From positions 1 through 38,047 of IMG/VR virus record IMGVR_UViG_3300032243_000066: DNA of 38,047 nt, one strand, 5' to 3'. The notes beneath the pieces are model-generated. The model saw nothing but the letters and a program-made list of their open reading frames with translations. It was not told the DNA's origin and made no database searches. The stretch comes from a virus. Taxonomy: Duplodnaviria > Caudoviricetes. Positions 27,295 through 35,941 of this stretch are shown here, one piece after another. Every line of letters starts with the position of its first letter. The stretch's first letter is position 1. The translations under genes and the position numbers were made by a program.

Positions 27295-28069
27295 GTGTCC
27301 CGTAATCAACGCTGTAAAAAACCGCCTCTGAAACATAACCATAGTCAACAGTCATGCCCTGAGCGCCTGGAGTTCCAGCGACCGTAATTGTTTTTGTTGT
27401 TGAGTTTGCAAAGACATATACACCAGACTCACCAGTAAAACTAACTTTATCATTTGCACTAGTGGCATTTGCATAAACAGAATTGTTTGGGGTAAAGATT
27501 TGACCAAATCCATAATCTGTACTACCACCGCCTGTAGAATTAATAGTTACAACACCAGTACCACCTGCTGGACTGATTGTGACATTAGTGCCTGCCACAA
27601 TCTGTGTAACACCACCGCCACCCGAACCTGCGTTGGCAGTATATTGTTTTGAACCATCTGCAAACTGAACATAACCGCCACTATTCGCAACGAATACATT
27701 TGAATAGATTACATTCGCACCTGCAATAGTGCCACCAACACCTGAACCAGTTGTTAGTGAAGTTGCAGTTAAGTTTGTGGTAACAAGGTTTGTTGAAACA
27801 TTAATGTTTTTTACATTAAGTGTTGCAAGAGTTTTATTGAAGGTGAAGTTTGCGTTTGCACCAAAAGAACCAGCATCATTGAACTGGACTTCTGTGGTTA
27901 AACCTGAGACTGCTGTGGTTCTGATTGAACCAAGAGTATTTGAAGAACTTTTATAATAAAGCACTCCATCAGCGAAGTTAAGTGATAACTCGCCGTTTGC
28001 TAAGACGCCTAGTGATGGAGTATTACCAGTAACACCAGAACTGCGTAATGCAATTACTGTGTTAGCCAT
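27290..28069 (-). CDS. Fibre/adaptor structural protein
   Basis: MANTVIALRSS...GELSLNFADGVLYYK N-terminal domain, VQFND.GSFG motif, C-terminal VDYG...VDYGTL. Confidence 0.8.
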   Translation of the reverse strand: MANTVIALRSSGVTGNTPSLGVLANGELSLNFADGVLYYKSSSNTLGSIRTTAVSGLTTEVQFNDAGSFGANANFTFNKTLATLNVKNINVSTNLVTTNLTATSLTTGSGVGGTIAGANVIYSNVFVANSGGYVQFADGSKQYTANAGSGGGGVTQIVAGTNVTISPAGGTGVVTINSTGGGSTDYGFGQIFTPNNSVYANATSANDKVSFTGESGVYVFANSTTKTITVAGTPGAQGMTVDYGYVSEAVFYSVDYGTL

Positions 28070-28070
28070 T

Positions 28071-28637
28071 TTAGAAAGTTCCGCCGGCCGATTCGAATGT
28101 CAATGGAGTTGCATTATTAATTGGGGCAGTTTCTTCTTTTTTGACCTCTACTTTTGGTGTTTCTTCTTCTGGAATTTCAATACCTAATTTTTTCTTTTTT
28201 GAATTTGGCAACATTTCTTCTAACTGTGTAGTATATTTTTTGTGTGAATCAATTTCTTCTTCCATTGATTCGATTCTATTCTTTAATTTTTCAATCTCAC
28301 CCGCTTGTTGATTTACAGCGGTTTGTAGACGATGTTTGTCATTATCACTGGTAACATTGTTTTGAATAATTGAGTTTTTATTATCAATTTCATGTTTCAA
28401 TGCACTAACTTCATTTGCCAAATTATTTTTTTCACTCAACAAACGATTGTACTCTTCTTGTTTGTTGCCTTTATCTGTTTCAACGCTTGCTAGTTTTTGT
28501 TCCATTTCTGTGAACTTACTAACTCGCTCTTCTAAAAATTTCATCTGCGTTTGAAACATAAAATTCTGTTTCATAATTGCAGTAAGATTGTCTAGTATTA
28601 CCTCATTGTAGGCATTGATAAAATTTACATCGGACAT
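28071..28637 (-). CDS. Coiled-coil protein ending AGGTF
   Basis: Heptad-rich, charged sequence embedded in the fibre cluster. Confidence 0.8.
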   Translation of the reverse strand: MSDVNFINAYNEVILDNLTAIMKQNFMFQTQMKFLEERVSKFTEMEQKLASVETDKGNKQEEYNRLLSEKNNLANEVSALKHEIDNKNSIIQNNVTSDNDKHRLQTAVNQQAGEIEKLKNRIESMEEEIDSHKKYTTQLEEMLPNSKKKKLGIEIPEEETPKVEVKKEETAPINNATPLTFESAGGTF

Positions 28638-28670
28638 AATAAAACCCTTTCATAGTGTATTAATTATATA

Positions 28671-30449
28671 TTAGAAGCTGCCACCATTCAAGTGAGCAAA
28701 TGTTGGTACACCAGATGAACTAATCTGTAACACATGTCCTTCAGTAGACGATGCAACAGAAGTTAGTGCAGATGTAGAAGTCAAACCACCAATGATAACA
28801 CCGTTTGCAGTATAAGATGAGAATCCTGTACCACCTCTTACAACACCTAAAATACCAGAAGTAATCTGAGTAGTATCAATTGCAATAGAAGTATTTGTTA
28901 CGGCAGTCACACGACCATATGCATCAGTTGTGATGACTGGAACATAAGCAGAGTTTGCATATGTACCGGCAGTACCTTTTGTTGGTAATCTTGCATCAGC
29001 AATTGTGCCTGAAGTAATTTGAGAAGTATCGATTGCAATGGCTGCGCCAGTGTATGCAGTAAGTTCACCATAAGCATTGTATGTGACAGAAGTAATTGTA
29101 TTAGCAGCAGATAGACCACCAGTTACAGTTGTCGATGTATTTGCTTGCGATGCAAGACTTGTGCCATCATAAACAAGTCTTTGACCTGCTGTGAATGATG
29201 TTTGATTTGTACCGCCTCTAGCAATTGGTAAAGTACCAGAAGTAATTTGAGAAGCACCAATTGCGATAGCAGCACCTGTAGCAGCAGTTACTCTTCCATA
29301 TGCATCAACTGTGAGTGATGAAATAGTATTTGCAACAGCAAGACCACCAGTTAAAGTGTAAGTGCTGTTTGCAAGAGTCTGTAATGCACCTGTGCCATTA
29401 CCAATAAGAATTCCACCACCAGTAAATGTACCTGCACCAGTACCACCATCACTTACTGCAATCGCAGAAGCAAGACCAGAAACTGTGCCACCAGTAATAT
29501 TTGCACGAAGAGTAGCAGTATTTGCAGCGGTTGCAGAACCTGCGGAAAGTGCATTTGATGTTGGATCATTTAAAAGATTTTGGAACAAGAAGTAATTACC
29601 ACCGGCTTGTTTAACAAGACCAGTATACTTTGTTCCAGAAGAAACATATTTACCAACGAAACCAATATCGATTGCATCAGCAGCATTGTTTGCGGCTAAT
29701 GTGATTAGAGAATCTTCTGTTCTAATAGTTTCAACATCTTGTGTAATTGTATTACCAGAGATAACTAAGTTACCTGTAATTGCCAAGTCACCAGAGATTG
29801 TACCACCAGTTGTTCTAATAACAGTAGAATCAACTGCAACACCAAATGTGTCAGTTGCATCAGTAAATGTTGTTGTAATACCACCACCGTTAGTACCAAC
29901 GATTGTTACTGTACCGCCAGTTGATGTAGAACCTGTGCCTGTATTACCAGCAAAGTTAAATGTTGTTGATAATGCCACATTGGCAGCCGCAGTAATACGA
30001 CCTTTTGAATCAACAGAGAAAGTTGGAATGTTTGTTGCAGAACCGTATGAACCTGCGGTAACACCTGAGTTACCAAGTGTTAATGGAATGTTTGCGTTTG
30101 CAGAACCGTCAATAGAGACTGTACCGTTGGCATCACCAGAAACGCCAATCGTTCTTGCGGTCTGCCAAGTTGTTGCTGTAGTAGCATTACCAGACAAAGC
30201 TGCAGTAATTGTTCCCGCAGAGAAGTTACCAGATGCATCTCTTTTTACAATCGTAGAGACTGTATTTACATTAGTAGCGGCATCTACTATATCTGTATAG
30301 TATTTACCACCAATTGCAATTGGAGCACCAGTTGTTCGACCAATGTATAATTTGCCGGATGTATTTGAATATGCTGGTTCTGCAACATTTAGCGATGCCG
30401 GTGCTGAAGTAACTTCAGAATATTTTAGTTGAATTACGGTATTTGCCAT
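28671..30449 (-). CDS. Fibre protein (592 aa) sharing modules with the 1473-aa fibre
   Basis: MANTVIQLK N-terminal domain, VDSKGRIT/TDAYGRVT repeats, the same DSLI.LA.NN..DIGF domain, ends NGGSF. Confidence 0.85.
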   Translation of the reverse strand: MANTVIQLKYSEVTSAPASLNVAEPAYSNTSGKLYIGRTTGAPIAIGGKYYTDIVDAATNVNTVSTIVKRDASGNFSAGTITAALSGNATTATTWQTARTIGVSGDANGTVSIDGSANANIPLTLGNSGVTAGSYGSATNIPTFSVDSKGRITAAANVALSTTFNFAGNTGTGSTSTGGTVTIVGTNGGGITTTFTDATDTFGVAVDSTVIRTTGGTISGDLAITGNLVISGNTITQDVETIRTEDSLITLAANNAADAIDIGFVGKYVSSGTKYTGLVKQAGGNYFLFQNLLNDPTSNALSAGSATAANTATLRANITGGTVSGLASAIAVSDGGTGAGTFTGGGILIGNGTGALQTLANSTYTLTGGLAVANTISSLTVDAYGRVTAATGAAIAIGASQITSGTLPIARGGTNQTSFTAGQRLVYDGTSLASQANTSTTVTGGLSAANTITSVTYNAYGELTAYTGAAIAIDTSQITSGTIADARLPTKGTAGTYANSAYVPVITTDAYGRVTAVTNTSIAIDTTQITSGILGVVRGGTGFSSYTANGVIIGGLTSTSALTSVASSTEGHVLQISSSGVPTFAHLNGGSF

Positions 30450-30489
30450 TTTTTGTCCCTTAGAATAGGTTTCTTATTATTTTGCTGTC

Positions 30490-30497
30490 TATTTATG
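30490..30497 (-). promoter_or_regulatory. Late promoter upstream of the 592-aa fibre
   Basis: Intergenic CATAAATA. Confidence 0.55.
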
Positions 30498-30508
30498 CGG
30501 TTAGTAAT

Positions 30509-30745
30509 CTAGAAACTACCGCCATTAATTGTTCCCAGACTTATGTTTATTGTGTTAGCATATTCATAAGCTGAGTTGATTTTATCAATATACGCTTTAC
30601 CCCCAACAATAATTGAACCATCACTATTGGCGGTACCGATGAATAGTGTATTACTCACATAAGAGTATGCTGGTTCCGCAACATTAAGTATTGCTGGTGC
30701 AGAATTTGCATCAGAAAACTTTATCTGTATTACTGTATTTGCCAT
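30509..30745 (-). CDS. Mini adaptor protein (78 aa), paralog of the N-terminus of the 592-aa fibre
   Basis: Shares MANTVIQ.K.S....APA.LNVAEPAYS and GGK; ends NGGSF. Confidence 0.85.
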   Translation of the reverse strand: MANTVIQIKFSDANSAPAILNVAEPAYSYVSNTLFIGTANSDGSIIVGGKAYIDKINSAYEYANTINISLGTINGGSF

Positions 30746-30981
30746 TAAAACTTACCACCGGTAATTAATGTGACTGTTGGGCTTGATGCTTCGAATTTAA
30801 AAGTTGTAGAATTATACACCAATGTCTCACCATTATCTGCGCCAGAAACATCAACATCTGTCAATATACCCAATGATACATTAGAAGATGGTGCTACACT
30901 AACCGATGCAAATGTTTTGTTTGCAGGTTTGAGAGATACAGTTGTACCTGGATTGTTATTGATGACTACAGTAGTTGCCAT
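30745..30981 (-). CDS. Small structural protein (78 aa) ending TGGKF
   Basis: Contains the L..LTDVD.....NG.TLVYN fibre repeat; coupled by TAATG on both sides. Confidence 0.8.
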   Translation of the reverse strand: MATTVVINNNPGTTVSLKPANKTFASVSVAPSSNVSLGILTDVDVSGADNGETLVYNSTTFKFEASSPTVTLITGGKF

Positions 30982-31313
30982 TATCGTGTAACAGAAGGAA
31001 GAATAGTTGCGATGCCTTCAACAACTCTTGTTTTAACACTAGTTGGACTGGTAATCAGGAGGTCATATACCATTCTGCCTGGAGTTAGATTTGCAGTATT
31101 GGCCGCAGTCATTACCATAGTCAACTCACCTGCAGCTGGATTACTAACACTTACAGTAAAGTTGTTTGCAGTAGTCGAATAGTAGGATTTACGAAGTTGA
31201 GCCGCAGCGGTGTAACTTGTAAGGTTTGTTGGAGAGCCGTCTGCACCATTAACCGTGACTGTGGTTGAAAATGATGCACCTTGCTCTATTGTGATTTCTG
31301 CGAAGCCTGCCAT
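30981..31313 (-). CDS. Ig-like / BppU-N-like structural adaptor
   Basis: ITIEQGASF, NLTSYTAAAQLRK, YDLLI and TRVVEG...P.VTR pattern. Confidence 0.75.
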   Translation of the reverse strand: MAGFAEITIEQGASFSTTVTVNGADGSPTNLTSYTAAAQLRKSYYSTTANNFTVSVSNPAAGELTMVMTAANTANLTPGRMVYDLLITSPTSVKTRVVEGIATILPSVTR

Positions 31314-31341
31314 TTTACCCTCTTTTTATTTGATTATGGTC

Positions 31342-31349
31342 TATTTAGT
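31342..31349 (-). promoter_or_regulatory. Late promoter at the head of the fibre/neck operon
   Basis: ACTAAATA just downstream of a terminator. Confidence 0.55.
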
Positions 31350-31371
31350 CAAACATGGTACTGTTAGCAAT

Positions 31372-31395
31372 AAAAAACCCCGCCGTAGCGGGGTT
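31372..31395 (-). terminator. Intrinsic terminator ending the accessory array
   Basis: AACCCCGC-TACG-GCGGGG followed by a T run on the minus strand. Confidence 0.9.
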
Positions 31396-31412
31396 ATTGA
31401 GATTAAATATAA

Positions 31413-31568
31413 TTATTCGTCAGCAGGTTCAGGTGTGTTACCTTCATCAACCCAAGCGAGGTATTTTTGGTAATCGGTGTTCTCTGGATTGAGGGGAATA
31501 CAAGCGTGAGTTTCTATATTTTTTACAGTATCTACTACACCAAACATATTTTTTACAAGTTTATACAT
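31413..31568 (-). CDS. Small partner protein type A (51 aa), putative fibre chaperone
   Basis: Not in the ORF track. Reads [51 protein letters not shown]; paralogs at 36759 and 38013. Confidence 0.85.
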   Translation of the reverse strand: MYKLVKNMFGVVDTVKNIETHACIPLNPENTDYQKYLAWVDEGNTPEPADE

Positions 31569-31577
31569 ATCTAGTCC

Positions 31578-32753
31578 TTAAAGTTCTGCGCTTGCAACCC
31601 AATGCCCTAAAACAATATTACAGTTACCGCCAGCCGCAATTGTTACTTCAGCACCAGTCGTACTTATATTATTAAAAGTTACATTTTGGTCATCAGCTGG
31701 AGAAACACCTGTGTAATACCGTCTCCACTTTCCAGCAACACCATCAGTTAAACTGTATCCAGTTATTGTTGGTTGTGTTCTTTTTGGGACTAAAAATAAT
31801 TTCATAAAAGCATCCATTATATTTGTAGATGCGCCAGTGCTTATATGAGGTGAACCAAAAGATGCAATACCTTTCATAATTTCACCTGAGTATGTATATT
31901 GTCCATAATCATAAGAACGCTCAAAATATCTCATGCACAAAGCTAATTCTGTAGCAAATGAACGAAATTCAAACTGAGTTGCAGTAGAACCTTTTTCTAA
32001 CTGGACACCAGTAATGTAGAATGTAGCACCAGCAGTTGATGCTAATTTTGTTGTTCCTGTTACACCAAAATAATTTGAACCAACTGTTGACCATGCATTA
32101 TTACTTGTGGAACTATATGTAGAACCAACACCTAAATCCCAAATTAGTGTCAAACCAGAACCATTAGTTTTTAACCATGTACCAGTTGTATCACCAACGA
32201 TAGTTATAGTTTTTTGTTCCCAAGTGTTTGCGGAGTTGATGGTGTATGTTGATGTTAAAAATCTAGCGGTTCCTGTATTTCTAAACGACATTCCATAAGT
32301 TCCTGTTACACTAGATTTTACCCAAAATGATAATGTTGCTGGTTTAGCAGTAGATAAACCAAAATCTAAATCTGCAACATTATATCCTTCAATTTGTTGT
32401 AACATATAAGCATAAGCGCCAGATGCTGAAGATGCTGTGCCAACTGTTATAGCGGTTGAATAAGTAAATCCTGCAGGAACATCCGTGCTTTGTGCCACAT
32501 TAAGAGTTGATCCACTTGCACCATTAATATCCCAACGGTCAACAGTATTATAGTTGGTTGAACCTGTAATTGATGTTGCTCTTTGCCACACAAGCATGTT
32601 TCCATTGATGACACGATTACGCATACCACCAAAGGTAGTATCTTGACCACCAATTTGCATACCACCAGAGAAGTTAATCTTTGACGTTACATTAAGCGTA
32701 GAAGCATAACTACTATCTGATTGTATTGTATCTACGGTAAGAGTACCTGCCAT
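31578..32753 (-). CDS. Putative fibre-tip protein with a carbohydrate-binding-like domain (type A)
   Basis: RNRVINGNM.VWQR, DRW, TLSFWVKSS and GVQLEKG..AT.FE motifs; paralog of 36920-37990. Confidence 0.8.
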   Translation of the reverse strand: MAGTLTVDTIQSDSSYASTLNVTSKINFSGGMQIGGQDTTFGGMRNRVINGNMLVWQRATSITGSTNYNTVDRWDINGASGSTLNVAQSTDVPAGFTYSTAITVGTASSASGAYAYMLQQIEGYNVADLDFGLSTAKPATLSFWVKSSVTGTYGMSFRNTGTARFLTSTYTINSANTWEQKTITIVGDTTGTWLKTNGSGLTLIWDLGVGSTYSSTSNNAWSTVGSNYFGVTGTTKLASTAGATFYITGVQLEKGSTATQFEFRSFATELALCMRYFERSYDYGQYTYSGEIMKGIASFGSPHISTGASTNIMDAFMKLFLVPKRTQPTITGYSLTDGVAGKWRRYYTGVSPADDQNVTFNNISTTGAEVTIAAGGNCNIVLGHWVASAEL

Positions 32754-32755
32754 TA

Positions 32756-33031
32756 TTATTCCTTAGGATATTTCTGTTTAACTGCTTCACATTTTGCGAG
32801 ATATGCAGTCATCTTAGTTTCGTCACCTTTAGATTGGTGGTATAGGGCATCAGCCAAATCTGTTAAAGGTGGATATTCCATTTGTCTTTGTTCTTTGTAT
32901 ATATTTGCATCAATGTGTGCTTGAACCGCAGCTTCATCATAGTGAACAATATGTTCATTTACATCATAAGCAACATCATTACGAATAGTAACAACTGTTG
33001 GATTAAGTTTGTATATAGCTTCGTGTTTCAT
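32756..33031 (-). CDS. Small partner protein type B (91 aa)
   Basis: Paralog of 33699-33977 (H.AI...P.VV.IR.DVAYD; Y..QR..YP; AVK...PKE). Confidence 0.85.
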   Translation of the reverse strand: MKHEAIYKLNPTVVTIRNDVAYDVNEHIVHYDEAAVQAHIDANIYKEQRQMEYPPLTDLADALYHQSKGDETKMTAYLAKCEAVKQKYPKE

Positions 33032-33696
33032 GTTGCATACTCCGTAACTTCGGCAGAAATTAAAGTATTACCAGCATAAGCAACTAAGCCACCAGTGTGA
33101 TGACAATACCATCCACCAGAACCACGGGTACTTTTTTTAAGCCATAGTTGATATAATATTGATTGGCCTAGTGTATAAGATGGTGTATCAACCATAGTGA
33201 TATTTCCAGTTCTATCGTTCCAAGAAGCACCATATTGGTCATTGGTATACATACCTTCTACTGAAGAACTACTAGATGATAGTGCAGTATTAGAACCACC
33301 ATTAACCGAGTTATAAATCATTACACTACCACCAAAATTATCTGCTTGTGGATTTATATGCATAATGAATCCATGAAACGATACTACAAATTTTGATGCT
33401 GCTAATTTTGGTGTTATTATTAAATTTAATAATCCACTATTTATATAAGAAGTGGAAGTTGTAGAAGCTGCACCCGGACTAGCATTATTTGCTGTTACGA
33501 CTTGAACTACAGAACCGGCAGGCATTCCACTCGCAACAACTTTACCACTTGTAATTACATTAGTTCCTGCCAAAGAAACATTACTACCAACCATCTGAAG
33601 GCTAGTAGCGTTCATAAAGGCAACATTCGACCCAGCAATAGCAAACGATAAGTTACTGTCTGATTGTACTTGGTCAACTTTTAATATACCGGCCAT
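33028..33696 (-). CDS. Putative fibre-tip protein (type B)
   Basis: MAGILKVDQVQSD N-terminus and GSVVQVV beta-sandwich domain; paralog of 33974-34621. Confidence 0.8.
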   Translation of the reverse strand: MAGILKVDQVQSDSNLSFAIAGSNVAFMNATSLQMVGSNVSLAGTNVITSGKVVASGMPAGSVVQVVTANNASPGAASTTSTSYINSGLLNLIITPKLAASKFVVSFHGFIMHINPQADNFGGSVMIYNSVNGGSNTALSSSSSSVEGMYTNDQYGASWNDRTGNITMVDTPSYTLGQSILYQLWLKKSTRGSGGWYCHHTGGLVAYAGNTLISAEVTEYAT

Positions 33697-33698
33697 AA

Positions 33699-33977
33699 TT
33701 ACTCTTTAGGATGTGCATCTTTTACTGCCTTGATTGCAGTATAGAAGTCTGATGTTTTATTTAGTGCGTTGTTATCAATAGCATGCCACAACATATCAAG
33801 TTGGTCACCAAGAGATGGATATCTTCTTTGTGTTTTATATGAATTTGCATCTATGTAATCTTGAACTGTAGATTCATTATATTCAACTACATCACCATTT
33901 TGGTCATAAGCAACATCACCACGAATACTAACAACGGATGGATAAGTTGCTAAAATAGCATCATGTTTGTGTATCAT
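33699..33977 (-). CDS. Small partner protein type B (92 aa)
   Basis: Paralog of 32756-33031. Confidence 0.85.
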   Translation of the reverse strand: MIHKHDAILATYPSVVSIRGDVAYDQNGDVVEYNESTVQDYIDANSYKTQRRYPSLGDQLDMLWHAIDNNALNKTSDFYTAIKAVKDAHPKE

Positions 33978-34621
33978 CCTGCAATCTCCAATAACATTAA
34001 ACTTGATGGCATACTATCAACATGGCATCTTACTGTACTACCTGCACTACTTGATTTCACATAAAGTGCATAAGTGACAGAAGATGTGGTTGCAGGTGAA
34101 TCAAGATACCCATAATATGTTGGAATATGAAAATCTGTAGAATTATTGTTATAACTACCTACAGGATTTCCACTACCAGTTGCCGCAAGATTTGTTGTTC
34201 CATTACGATAAAATGTGCTGTAACTCCAATAAGAACTACCATTACCAATTTGATATTGTGCAAGAATCATAACTTTATTTGATGTACTAGATGGTGTAAT
34301 CGAAGCACTCATTCCAGTTGCAACATATGATGAACTTGTTGTACTAAAAGTTGTTGAATAATTTATTTGAACAACTTGTAATACCGCACCTGCATATCCC
34401 ATTTTTGCTCTAGTGATTGCACTATCGGCAATAGCAGCAGTTGGAATTGAACTTGCAATAACTGATGCACCACTAATTTTACCGTTAGCGGCAATTAATT
34501 GTGTTCCTGTGTTACTGAAGAAACCAGAAGCGTTAATAGTTGCAAATGTAGTGTTACCTACATTCAAACTTAATTGACTGGCATCCGTACGGATGAAGTC
34601 AGCAATGATTGTACCGGCCAT
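33974..34621 (-). CDS. Putative fibre-tip protein (type B)
   Basis: GAVLQVV, ITPSSTSNKV, LDSPATTSSVTY and C-terminal LLEIAG. Confidence 0.8.
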   Translation of the reverse strand: MAGTIIADFIRTDASQLSLNVGNTTFATINASGFFSNTGTQLIAANGKISGASVIASSIPTAAIADSAITRAKMGYAGAVLQVVQINYSTTFSTTSSSYVATGMSASITPSSTSNKVMILAQYQIGNGSSYWSYSTFYRNGTTNLAATGSGNPVGSYNNNSTDFHIPTYYGYLDSPATTSSVTYALYVKSSSAGSTVRCHVDSMPSSLMLLEIAG

Positions 34622-35244
34622 TATTTAACCTTAACCTTTGTAAGTTGTCCCATTACTAAACCTTTATGTAAAGACATTTCAATTTCTTCCTGTTTGATAC
34701 GATATGTTTTTTGTCCATCATTCATCCAACATCTACCTTTATTTGCACCAATTTGAACACCAATTTTGCCGGCATTCCAAACAATTCTATTTCTAAATTT
34801 CTCTTTTGTTTCTTCAGAATGTTTTCTACCTAAAGCAGACTCAGACATTTTCTTTTTAGTTTCTTCTGAAAATGTACCACCTTTATTCCAAGGTGTTCTT
34901 CCAATAAGTTTCTGTCTAGTTTCTTCACTAATAACAGTACCTTTTTTAGAAGGTGGTTCACGACCACCAGTAACAATATTCAAACACAATTCGTCTTCTT
35001 GTAACAATTCTTTTGTTACATATTTAGATTCAAGTTCAAAGATATAGTCAGTATTAGAAATACAAAGAATTTCATATTTGAAATTTTCAGTACCATATTT
35101 TTTAACTTGATTCTGTATTCTTGTACCAGAACCCCAATACATATTACCCCAACGAGTTTCTTGTGTCACACCTCTATGTTTACCAATATAGTATTCACCA
35201 GATTTGGTATTTGTAATACGATAAAGATGTGATACATTATCCAT
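34621..35244 (-). mobile_element. Free-standing GIY-YIG homing endonuclease (Seg-like) with NUMOD3 repeats
   Basis: LYRITN...YYIGKH, YWGSG and three SEET(R/K)xK repeats. The start is probably 35244 (TAATG overlap) rather than 35259. Confidence 0.9.
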
Positions 35245-35666
35245 TAGAATATTGTCCAACAGCTGTTATTAGCAATTGTTACAGTTTTACCATCAGCAAT
35301 TGTTAGAGGTCCCGCAGAGCTGGCGTTATAACCTGTAGTGATGGAAACATTTTCGGTCAACACATTAGCATTGATTCTAACGATACCATATGTATCTGCA
35401 CTCAAATATGGGTTCACTTGCACTCTATCACCCATATAGACAATCTCAATGTTTTGAGTGCCTGTAGGTGGTGCTTCTGTAAACACTAACTGACCATTAC
35501 TTAGTGCATATGTGTTTGTTGCTTGTTTAACACCAGACACAGTAACGATAACAGATGCTTCGTTACCTGTTCCATATGCTAAGTTAAATGCAGTCGTAGC
35601 ACCGTCACCAGAGAAGAACTCTGAACGGAAGGTGCCGTTGATTATGGAATTTCCAATATATGACAT
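35244..35666 (-). CDS. Structural adaptor protein (140 aa)
   Basis: FSGDG.TTAF.L..VSGVKQ..LVFTEAPP Ig-like domain, plus a C-terminal NA.SAGPLTI..G.TVTI....W.I motif of a kind seen in phage fibre clusters. Confidence 0.8.
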   Translation of the reverse strand: MSYIGNSIINGTFRSEFFSGDGATTAFNLAYGTGNEASVIVTVSGVKQATNTYALSNGQLVFTEAPPTGTQNIEIVYMGDRVQVNPYLSADTYGIVRINANVLTENVSITTGYNASSAGPLTIADGKTVTIANNSCWTIF

Positions 35667-35670
35667 GGTT

Positions 35671-35678
35671 TATTTATT
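35671..35678 (-). promoter_or_regulatory. Putative late promoter
   Basis: AATAAATA overlapping the upstream stop, 4 nt before the ATG. Confidence 0.45.
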
Positions 35679-35937
35679 CTGCGTTTCTAGCAGCATCTAA
35701 TTCTGCTTGGCGTTCTGCCGCAGATTTGATTGGTGCAGCATTAACAATATCTTCTTTGTTACCAGAGATTGTTTCGTTAGCTGCTATTTTTCTTTGCACT
35801 TCAGATGCAACAATTTCTTCGATTGCAATACGGCATCTTTCATGGACTACATTTTGAATCCATTCATTTTGTGATATTGCAACAAAACCAAGTGCTTTGT
35901 TTTCTGCTTCTGTTAATGTTATCGTATATGTTGTCAT
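35674..35937 (-). CDS. Small partner protein type C (87 aa)
   Basis: Immediately follows the C1q-domain gene; helical sequence. Confidence 0.8.
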   Translation of the reverse strand: MTTYTITLTEAENKALGFVAISQNEWIQNVVHERCRIAIEEIVASEVQRKIAANETISGNKEDIVNAAPIKSAAERQAELDAARNAE

Positions 35938-35941
35938 AATT

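Noticed and set aside
22855-30300. Plus-strand ORFs within the fibre genes (for example 29686-30300, 24028-24297, 25597-25857)
   Set aside because: These are antisense shadows of Thr/Gly/Ala-rich codon usage, with no RBS or recognisable motifs, and they largely or fully overlap well-supported minus-strand genes.
28071-30981. C-terminal GG as a ubiquitin-like conjugation signal
   Set aside because: GG is followed by xF rather than being terminal, the proteins are not beta-grasp-like, and no E1, E2 or JAB genes are present in the window.
34621-35259. Group I intron around the GIY-YIG gene
   Set aside because: There is no non-coding flanking sequence to form a ribozyme, and both neighbours are complete ORFs.
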